From the NCBI GenBank assembly GCA_050998515.1, contig JBPCQC010000019.1:200357-264356 (forward strand): a stretch of 64,000 nucleotides of DNA, read 5' to 3'. A program made the translations under genes and the position numbers. The notes beneath the pieces were generated by a model. It did not search any database and was not told the DNA's origin. It was given only the letters and a program-made list of their open reading frames with translations. The DNA comes from Verrucomicrobiales bacterium (GTDB lineage: Bacteria; Verrucomicrobiota; Verrucomicrobiia; Verrucomicrobiales; V1-33). How positions within the stretch are numbered: position 1 is the stretch's first letter; each line of letters opens with the position of its first letter. Positions 28,671-36,296 of the stretch are shown in pieces.

Positions 28671-30515
28671 TCAGCAGAGCCGTTTCACTTCCGTGCCGAT
28701 CAGGCAGACGTCGTCTGCGAACTCTTTGTCGACCGAAAACTCCCGGATTTCAGCGAGCACTTGGGAAAGCAGATCGGCGGGAGGGACGTCGAGGCGTTGC
28801 TGCACGGCGCTGATCAGGCGATCATGGCTGTAGGGCCGACCGCCCACTCCCTCGACCTCGAACAGGCCATCAGTGAAAAGAATGATAAGGTCGCCAGCGG
28901 AAATCGGCTGCTGGAAGGTGACGAACTCGGCATCCTCGAACAGCCCGAGTGCCGGTCCAGTTCTGCCATCGTTGCGCAGCGGCACCACTTCACGGCTTCG
29001 TAATTTCACGTGCAAAGGATGCGGATGACTCGCATTCGCGAAAAGAACCTGCGCCCGTGCCACGTCGACGACGAGATAAAAGGCGGTGGCGTACATCGTC
29101 GTTCCCGTCTGTTGAAGGATGCTCGCCAGCCCGCGGTTGATTCGGCCGAGCAACTGACCGGGGTCAGTGGCCCGGCTGCTTTCCTCCTCGACGAGCGCGC
29201 GCATCATCGCTGTCACGAGGGCCGCTCGGACACCATGCCCCATCACGTCGCAAATGAAGACGCCCACCGCAGAATCCGAAAGCGGCAAGACGTCGAAGAA
29301 GTCGCCACTGACACTGCCGGTTGGGTAATAGAAGCTGAAAAATTTCAGGGCGCTTTCGCTGGCATCGTGCGGTATGCGTGGGAACTGCTGCGGAAGCATA
29401 GCCATTTGCAACTCGCGGGCCATGGTGAGGTCCTCTTCCATTTGTTCGTTCTTTTCCTGCAACTGGCGGGTGCGTTCGATGACGCGTTGTTCCAGTTGCT
29501 CATTGAGGGCGCGCAGTTCAGCCTGGGCGTCATTGCGCTCGGCCTCGGCGCGGTCGAGCCGTCCGCCCACCCGCGCCGCCACGCGTGAGATGATAAATCC
29601 AATCGCCACCGCAAAGACGATCGCGGCCAACGCCGACAACAGGACGGGGTTGATGTGGAATCGCGCAAGGACCCGTGCTCGCACGGCACCGTCAACGAGG
29701 ACCGCTGCCACTGTGATCGGCAGAAACCAACGCAGCAGCAGCGCGCGCGTCGTTTGCCCGATCAAAGTTCGCAGTGGCCAGCTCTCCGGCCCCGCCGCAG
29801 CGATCATGCCCAAACCGAGGCATAGAAATGCCAAAGCGGTTGGAAGCGCCACCGGAATAATGGTTCCGCCATAGAGAAGCGGCGTGCCATAGAGATAGCC
29901 GAGCAAAACCACCACGCTCGCCCCCATCACGATCGCGGCAAGCAGCGCGCCCCAGCGCCACCACCGCCGCAGGATCAGAAATATCATCCCCATTCCCGCG
30001 AGAAGAAAAATGCCCGCCGTGAATGGTGACATTCGCCCGGTGGGCACCGCGCCAAACAGTTCCGGCGAACGCACGAGAAGTTCCTCGAGTCCGAAACTGG
30101 TGCGGGTGGCAAATTCGATGAGCTTGCTGGTCGCCAGTCCGACCACGAGGGCACTCGCACCAATGGCGATGAGTCGGGCACGGCGGCCTGCGTTGAGCCA
30201 GGTTCGGAGAAGCAGCGCCGTCCCAAGGAATCCGAAGCCGAGCGCCGTGCTGGGGGCCATTGGAATGTAGTGGGCATGCGCACTGGCCAGCACATGCAGT
30301 CCCGTGATCCACGCGATCAGCGTCAGAAAACCCAGCGCCACCACGACCAAGCTGCACCAGCGCGACAGGCGGCAAAACGACGCTGGAAGAAATTCCTCCC
30401 GCGACTCGCCAGCGATCAGATGCGGCGCGAGATAACTCAAAGTCTCATCCCGACGTATTGCCTGCCCATCCTCGGCAGCGCAATTTTCACTTGGTTCTCG
30501 AATAGCACCGGGCAT
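28671..30515 (-). CDS. Membrane-integrated PP2C/SpoIIE-family serine phosphatase (RsbU-like)
   Basis: 614 aa. The N-terminal ~330 aa has about 8-10 TM helices, followed by a coiled-coil linker. The C-terminal PP2C motifs are GDFFDV, ICDVMGHG and LFTDGLFE. Confidence 0.8.
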   Translation of the reverse strand: MPGAIREPSENCAAEDGQAIRRDETLSYLAPHLIAGESREEFLPASFCRLSRWCSLVVVALGFLTLIAWITGLHVLASAHAHYIPMAPSTALGFGFLGTALLLRTWLNAGRRARLIAIGASALVVGLATSKLIEFATRTSFGLEELLVRSPELFGAVPTGRMSPFTAGIFLLAGMGMIFLILRRWWRWGALLAAIVMGASVVVLLGYLYGTPLLYGGTIIPVALPTALAFLCLGLGMIAAAGPESWPLRTLIGQTTRALLLRWFLPITVAAVLVDGAVRARVLARFHINPVLLSALAAIVFAVAIGFIISRVAARVGGRLDRAEAERNDAQAELRALNEQLEQRVIERTRQLQEKNEQMEEDLTMARELQMAMLPQQFPRIPHDASESALKFFSFYYPTGSVSGDFFDVLPLSDSAVGVFICDVMGHGVRAALVTAMMRALVEEESSRATDPGQLLGRINRGLASILQQTGTTMYATAFYLVVDVARAQVLFANASHPHPLHVKLRSREVVPLRNDGRTGPALGLFEDAEFVTFQQPISAGDLIILFTDGLFEVEGVGGRPYSHDRLISAVQQRLDVPPADLLSQVLAEIREFSVDKEFADDVCLIGTEVKRLC

Positions 30516-30577
30516 ACTGGAAACAGAAGTTGTTTGGTTGGAACGGCGGGCGGTTGTATGGTCGAGAACCAGAATCG

Positions 30578-31153
30578 ATGAACAGTCCCTCGGTCATCTA
30601 TGTGGCTTCGAGCGACGCGGGAGTTTTTGTGCGTGTCGTGGGCAAGGGCTGTTATCAAAACAGTCCGCCGTTGCGCCGGTTCATGCAACAACTGCTGCAG
30701 GAGGGCGCGGGCGATCTCTACGTCGATCTTGGCGCCTGCCGTGCCATGGACAGCACATTTCTGGGTGTCCTGGCCGGATTCGGTCTCGGTCTGCGGCGAT
30801 CCGCGCAACCGCATGGCACGCTCTGCCTCTTCAACGTCAATGACGCTCAATCTGCCTCGTTGCAAACGCTCGGACTGGATCGGCTCGCACAAATTGCGTG
30901 TGGCCGCCCACCGCTGGAGGCAGACCACGTACCCGCCGAGGCGCAGTATCACGTCCTGCCCGGCACAGAACTCACTGCCCAGGGCAGGCCGCAAAACAAA
31001 ATCGAATCGACCGAGTGCATGCTCGAAGCGCACGAAAATCTTTGCGCCGCCGATGAACGCAACCAGTCGAAGTTTGCCGACGTCACCCGCTTCCTGCGCC
31101 AGGAAATCACCGAGCAGCAGAAAAAAGCCGAAGAAAAACCAAGCTTGCCGTAA
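30578..31153 (+). CDS. STAS-domain protein (anti-sigma-factor-antagonist-like) with C-terminal extension
   Basis: ATG at 30578. The motif YVDLGACRAMDSTFLGVLAG resembles the phosphorylatable DSSG/DSTxLG motif of SpoIIAA/RsbV. It is transcribed divergently from the PP2C gene. The extra ~85 aa at the C-terminus are unassigned. Confidence 0.55.
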   Translation: MNSPSVIYVASSDAGVFVRVVGKGCYQNSPPLRRFMQQLLQEGAGDLYVDLGACRAMDSTFLGVLAGFGLGLRRSAQPHGTLCLFNVNDAQSASLQTLGLDRLAQIACGRPPLEADHVPAEAQYHVLPGTELTAQGRPQNKIESTECMLEAHENLCAADERNQSKFADVTRFLRQEITEQQKKAEEKPSLP

Positions 31154-31482
31154 CCGGCATCTATGTGCCTCATGGACTGGAGGTTGTCCATTCTCATGAA
31201 AACATCGGCTGTTACCCAACGACGAAACGAGCATCCGCCCCCCCGCAGATGCCTGCGCCTGCAGAATAACGCATCTTAACAACCTCTCTACTGGCATCGG
31301 CTGGCGTGCGGTAGCGAAGCTTGAACGTGCGGAACGACGCCTAGAAAGGACACTGACGCATTTTTCGTGTCCTTTACAAACGGCGGCAGATTGCCGGCCC
31401 ACAATTTGCCCTACAAACATGGTATGTAGGGGTTCGCCAGAGGCGAAGGAGGATTTCGCGGCTCAACGACGCGCTACTGGCT

Positions 31483-31638
31483 CCCGCACGTGTTCGGGCT
31501 TAGCGCCCGACTTCGCGCTTTTTCCTCCGGCTACCGGGTGTCTGCCATGACTAACCGTCAGTTGCGACCACCAAAAAGCGCGAAGTCGGCCGCTCAGACA
31601 CGGGGTAGCCGATGTCTTTCGCCCTTCACACGTGCGGG
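31483..31638. repeat. Nested and interleaved inverted repeats (possible structured RNA or element relic)
   Basis: A 10-bp inverted repeat pairs 31483-31492 with 31629-31638. A 17-bp perfect inverted repeat (CCGACTTCGCGCTTTTT) pairs 31507-31523 with 31573-31589. A 15/17 inverted repeat pairs 31528-31544 with 31595-31611 and is interleaved with the 17-bp pair. The region lies in a 750-nt gap with no convincing coding sequence. Confidence 0.5.
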
Positions 31639-31906
31639 GTCACGACTGCCTTCACATCACAACCAGTTCTATCACACCCAACTCCACCACGACGGCTTCG
31701 CCAATGCGAAGCCCGCACGTCCTCGTCCAAAAGGGCGAAGGCTGCGCAGCAGCCGGCGGACGACTTGCTTTGTAATAGCGCAGCTCACACCAAAATCGTG
31801 TGATCACGATACAAAAATGAGAGTTGGCACGAGTTCCTCTTGGCCCGTTAATCCGGCTACTTGAAAAACATCCAAGGAGCTGACCGGAGGCCGCGTCGGC
31901 AGCCCC

Positions 31907-32910
31907 ATGAATACGCGCGGTATCATCACGTCAATGACAACCTCAGAGAAATGTCTGGGACAGTTGAAAGTAACGAGCAATTCTCGACTAAGTTTCTGGG
32001 CTAAGACCGATTCGGATGGAAATCCCGGCACCACGGTTCGCGATCATTGCATTAATGTCGGATGCGTGGCAGAAGCGCTGCTCGGAGCACTTCCGGACAC
32101 CGTCCGCCCTCTGCTCCCGCCCGGTGCCGCCACGCTCGCAGCGCTCCATGATGCCGGGAAGATATCGCTCGGCTTTCAGGTGAAGTGCGCGGCGTGGATC
32201 GCGCGGAATGGACTCACGGAAACGGCGGTGCGGGAGCGATGGGCCTCGCCTCAGCAAGCTGAGAGCGATCATGCGAAAATCACGCAAGCGTTTTTGCAAG
32301 CTGCCATGAAGCCGCTGGGCGGCGCATCGGCTGATCGCCGCGGGCGTGAATGACGGCATCTATTTCGCGCTGCCCACGCAGGTTACGAGCAACCGCATCC
32401 ATGAGCGCGTCGCGCCCTTCCTGCGCGCGGCGCTCGAGGACTCGGCCACGCTGCGGCTCGCGCACGGCGCTTCGTGGCTTGAGGATTGTCAGACGCTGCG
32501 CCTGCATCCTGCGGCGCCGGGCGATCCGGATGCCAGCGAGCACGTCCGCGAAGGCCGCTCATGGTTTGCCTCGGCGAAGCATGCTCTGCTCGCGCGCTTC
32601 GGCGTCGGCACCGTCGATCAGGCGCTCCAGGGCGTCGTGGCGGTAAAGCACTTCTTCGTGCGCCGCTTCGGCCTCGCGGGGAAGGTCGTCATCCTCGATG
32701 AAGTCCACAGCTACGATGTCTATACCGGCACGCTCATCACGCGTCTCATTCGCGAGCTGCTCGCGTTGCGCTGCTCGGTCGTCGTCCTCTCCGCCACGCT
32801 GACGCGGGCGCGCCGCGCCGAGCTCATCGCCGCGGCAGACGCCGATCCCGGGAGCGCGCGCTCCGAGGCGTATCCGTTGCTCACCGTGGCGAGAGCGTGC
32901 GGAGTCCGCC
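31907..32910 (+). pseudogene. cas3: cas3 relic (type I-E): HD-domain start, frameshift, ~170-codon internal deletion, 3' truncation
   Basis: 31907-32353 encodes an HD-domain N-terminus (SFWAKTD...LAALHDAGKISLGFQ) that aligns with the intact Cas3. A second frame from ~32306 encodes helicase motifs (IYFALPTQVTSN..., VVILDEVHSYD, VVVLSATLT, YPLLTVA). The HHG residues and the Walker A (GEGKT) segment are missing, and similarity ends near 32904. Confidence 0.75.
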
Positions 32911-33039
32911 ATCGGCTTTCGGTCCCACGAGTTCGACGTCGTTTTGGAAGCGCGCGACGCGCGGCTGGTGAAAGATGGGGAGATCGACTCGCGGGGCGGA
33001 GGCCTTACCGACCCCGGCCCGCGCCGGCAGCGCCGGTTC

Positions 33040-33294
33040 TCACAAGGTTCGGCGGCGGCGCGAAGGATTGGCGCAGCCGCGCAGCACTTCCTCGAGCGGA
33101 ACTGTCAACCCGGCCGCGTGCTCTGCCACCGGCTCTTGGAAGAGTTTATCCAACGGGCCGCCGGGCCGGGCGTCCTCCTCCATCTCTGCGTCCCAAACGA
33201 ACTCCTGGCGCTCATCGAGCCACTTTGCCAGGCTCCAAAACTCTTTTCGCGGAAGCTCCTCGATGGCTTTCTGGATTGCGGCCAATGTGTTCAT
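33040..33294 (-). CDS. Small antitoxin-like protein (orphan)
   Basis: ATG at 33294 gives 84 aa, MNTLAAIQKAIEELPRKEFWSLAKWLDERQEFVWDAEMEEDARPGGPLDKLFQEPVAEHAAGLTVPLEEVL.... This is the pattern of a widespread small antitoxin-like family. It lies between the cas3 relic and the intact cas3, on the opposite strand. It corresponds to the 3' end of the artefactual 440-aa antisense ORF in the track. Confidence 0.5.
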   Translation of the reverse strand: MNTLAAIQKAIEELPRKEFWSLAKWLDERQEFVWDAEMEEDARPGGPLDKLFQEPVAEHAAGLTVPLEEVLRGCANPSRRRRTL

Positions 33295-33342
33295 GATCGC
33301 GACCCTATGTTCGCAGTCGCGGGCGCTCAAATCTGATCTGAA

Positions 33343-36093
33343 ATGGAATTGAACACTCCTCCATCCGCCGCTGACGATCCCGCTCCGTTCACGGACTACT
33401 TCTGGGCGAAGACGGATCCCATCACCGGTGCTCCGGCACGGACGGTCACGGAGCACTCTTTCCAGGCTGGAGCTGTGGCGGAGTGTCTTTGGGCGGTGCT
33501 TGGGGAGCCGGTGATCGCGCTGTTGCCGCGGGGCAGCGTGACGCTCGCGGCCTTGCACGATGTCGGGAAGCTGACGATCGGATTTCAGCTGCAGTGCGGA
33601 GTCTGGAAGCCGCCGGAAGCGATCCGCACGGCGATGGCCGGTGCGGCGGCGCGTGACTCGATTTCGCGGCACGCGACGCTTTCGCAACGCGATCTCGAAC
33701 TGCGGCTCGGCAAGGCGCGAGCGTGGGCGCGGGCTATCGGTGCGCATCATGGCGCGTTCACCGAAGGCGGGAAGCGGGAGGATTTGCGTGCGTTGTTCGA
33801 CCCGATCCGGGGTGCGCTGGTCGAGCGGATTGTGCAGAGATTCGGTGCGTTGCCGGTCGTCCCGCCGGCCACGGGGCGGGATGCGAAGGTGGCGCAACTT
33901 TGCTGCCTCGCGGGCTTCATCGTGCTCGTCGATTGGATCGCGTCCGATGAACGCAACTTTCCGCTCGCGGCCCCATCGCTTTTTAGCAGGCCATTTACGG
34001 GTCACGATCTGGAGCTCGCGGAGGAGAAAGCTCGTGAAGCGGTCGCGGCGCTGCGTCTCGCCGCACCTCGGTTGAAGGCTGGGTGTGCGTTCCAGGAGTA
34101 TGTCGGGAAGCCTCCCTATCCCTTGCAGGAAAAGGCTCTCGAACACATCGCCGGGCCAGGACTCTACATCGTCGAAGCGGCGATGGGTGAGGGGAAGACC
34201 GAGGCGGCGCTGGCGGCGGCGTATCGCAATATCGAGCGCGGTCTGGCCCGCGGATTTTACTTCGCGCTGCCCACGCAGCTCACCTCGAATGAAATCCACC
34301 GGCGCACGCGGGAGATTTTCTCGCGCCTGGTCGAAAGCGACGCGCCGATGCCGCTCGCGCATTCGGCTTCATGGCTCACCCAACCCGATCGCCTCATCCT
34401 GCATCCCGCAGTGCCTCAAGATGCCGATCAAGACGAGATCGAACAGGCGGTGCAGCATCTGCGCGCCGCTCGTGCCTGGCTCACGTCGCGCAAGGCGTTG
34501 CTGGCGCCATTCGGCGTGGGCACCATCGATCAGGCGCTGATGGCGACCCTTCCGGTGAAGTTTGCGCACCTGCGGCTCTTCGGCCTCGCGGGAAAGGTGA
34601 TCATCTTCGACGAAGTCCACAGCTACGACACCTACACGAGCGCGATTCTCGAGGCGCTGATTCGGCTGCTGCTGGAGTTGCACTGCACAGTCGTCGTCCT
34701 CTCGGCCACGCTCACCCGCCGGCAGCGCGATTGCCTGCTGCGAGCGGCGACCGACGTCGAGCCCGAATCGAAAGACGAGCGCTGGGAAAAATATCCGCTG
34801 CTCTCGATCGCGAGGAAGGGCGCTCCTCCCGAGCCGGTCACAATTGAGGAATCGAACGCGCGCAATCGGACCGTTCTTCTGACGCATGTCACGATGGCTG
34901 ATCCCTCGTTAAGCACCGACGTGCTCGCGACCATCGAGCAGCGGGTGAAAGAGAACTTTTGCGTGCTCATCATCCGCAACACCGTGGCTCTGGCGCAGGA
35001 GACATATCGTGAGGTGAAAGGACTGCTCAACGAAGCCGACGATGCAGAGCGCGTGGGCCTGCTGCACAGCCGCTATCCTTACTTCCAACGCTTCGGCCAT
35101 CCCGATCGCGCCGCCGATCGGGGACGCGAAGCGCGCTGGGTCGAGCGGCTCGGGAAAGAGCGCCAGCATCGGCCATCCGGGGGCTGTGTGCTGGTGGCGA
35201 CGCAAGTCGTCGAGCAGTCGGTGGACGTGGATGCCGACCTGCTCATCACCGATCTTTGTCCTACCGATCAGCTTCTCCAGCGCATCGGCCGGCTGCATCG
35301 CCACCCGGAACCGCGAACGCTGCTCGCGACGCGAGCGGAGGCGATCCTCTTGCATCCCGTGCTGCCGCAGCCGAGCGAAGCAGACCCCGCGGAATGGAAA
35401 CGAGCGCTCAAGCCGCACGGCAATCTGTATGCGCCGTATGTCTTGCTGCGGACAGAAGTGCTCTGGAGGAAAAACATCGCGATCAACTTGCCGCAAGACA
35501 TTCGCCCGCTGCTGGAGGCCACCTATGCGGCTCCAGCGGATGATGAACCCGCTGATTGGAGCACGCTTGCCGACGAGCTCCAAAAGCGCCGCGACACGCT
35601 GACGGCCAAGGCGCAAGCCTTCGCCAGCAGCCTTGGCAAACCGCCTGAGTCCGACGACGAAAACACGGCTCCGACGCGCTGGATCGACTGCCCGACTCTC
35701 GATCTCGTGCTCTTGCGGTCCCGCCCAGAGGTGCAGCCTGGTGGAAAGATCGAGCTGCACTTCCTCGACGGCGCGATCCTCCACTGGCACCCGCGGGCGG
35801 GTTGGGATCACGAGGTTGCACGCGCCGTTTTCATCAACAGCGTGCGCATCCCGGCCTATCTCTTTGCCAAGACCGAGGCCCCCGATTGGCTCCACACCCA
35901 CACGCACGGCCTGGCTGGCGCGGCTTGGAAAGCTGACCGCGGCACGCTCATGAACTGCGCCGACGGATCGACCCTGCCCTTGCGCTACTGCGACGCGGAA
36001 GGCGTGGTCGCGATCGGAAAAGCTGCCAAGACATCGTCTTTCCCGGGCGAGGCCGCCGAATTTCCCGAGGACGAGGAAGACGGTTTCAACTGA
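33343..36093 (+). CDS. cas3: Cas3 HD nuclease / DExH helicase, type I-E
   Basis: 916 aa. HD motifs are present (LAALHDVGK, IGAHHG). Helicase motifs are present (AAMGEGKT, IIFDEVHSY, VLSATL, QVVEQSVDVD, IGRLHR). It heads the cas operon. Confidence 0.92.
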   Translation: MELNTPPSAADDPAPFTDYFWAKTDPITGAPARTVTEHSFQAGAVAECLWAVLGEPVIALLPRGSVTLAALHDVGKLTIGFQLQCGVWKPPEAIRTAMAGAAARDSISRHATLSQRDLELRLGKARAWARAIGAHHGAFTEGGKREDLRALFDPIRGALVERIVQRFGALPVVPPATGRDAKVAQLCCLAGFIVLVDWIASDERNFPLAAPSLFSRPFTGHDLELAEEKAREAVAALRLAAPRLKAGCAFQEYVGKPPYPLQEKALEHIAGPGLYIVEAAMGEGKTEAALAAAYRNIERGLARGFYFALPTQLTSNEIHRRTREIFSRLVESDAPMPLAHSASWLTQPDRLILHPAVPQDADQDEIEQAVQHLRAARAWLTSRKALLAPFGVGTIDQALMATLPVKFAHLRLFGLAGKVIIFDEVHSYDTYTSAILEALIRLLLELHCTVVVLSATLTRRQRDCLLRAATDVEPESKDERWEKYPLLSIARKGAPPEPVTIEESNARNRTVLLTHVTMADPSLSTDVLATIEQRVKENFCVLIIRNTVALAQETYREVKGLLNEADDAERVGLLHSRYPYFQRFGHPDRAADRGREARWVERLGKERQHRPSGGCVLVATQVVEQSVDVDADLLITDLCPTDQLLQRIGRLHRHPEPRTLLATRAEAILLHPVLPQPSEADPAEWKRALKPHGNLYAPYVLLRTEVLWRKNIAINLPQDIRPLLEATYAAPADDEPADWSTLADELQKRRDTLTAKAQAFASSLGKPPESDDENTAPTRWIDCPTLDLVLLRSRPEVQPGGKIELHFLDGAILHWHPRAGWDHEVARAVFINSVRIPAYLFAKTEAPDWLHTHTHGLAGAAWKADRGTLMNCADGSTLPLRYCDAEGVVAIGKAAKTSSFPGEAAEFPEDEEDGFN

Positions 36094-36296
36094 GCAATCC
36101 CCCAGCGTTGGAGGAAAAACGTCATCTTCACACACAAACATGGACCATCCCTCCAACGTGAAGGGAACGCGCGATTGTGGTGCTCCCAGATCGAATCACA
36201 AGGGGATTTCGTAGCAATAGGTTCAGAAACTCATCTTTTTAATCTTTTCACAGAAACACTTTGACATAAATCCGCTACCCGCCAGTATCCAACCCG

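Noticed and set aside
31490-31864. 124-aa ORF in the gap upstream of the cas3 relic.
   Set aside because: It is a basic, Ser/Arg/Pro-rich low-complexity translation with no motif. The region is better explained by the nested inverted repeats (a non-coding structure).
33295-36156. Long minus-strand ORFs (the part of 33040-34362 upstream of 33294, plus 34369-34887 and 34909-36156) antisense to cas3.
   Set aside because: They are Arg/Gly/Pro-rich, low-complexity translations fully overlapping a gene with clear Cas3 motifs. These are typical high-GC antisense artefacts. Only the last 84 codons of the 33040-34362 ORF (33040-33294) look like a real small gene.
36180-36273. Possible CreA-like mini-array (degenerate repeat, pseudo-spacer, degenerate repeat) between cas3 and cse1.
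   Set aside because: The first candidate shares only GGGGAT..TCG with the repeat and has a 4-bp stem. The second matches 12 of 29 positions, mainly at the ends. This is close to chance expectation, so it is kept only as a note inside the intergenic-region finding.
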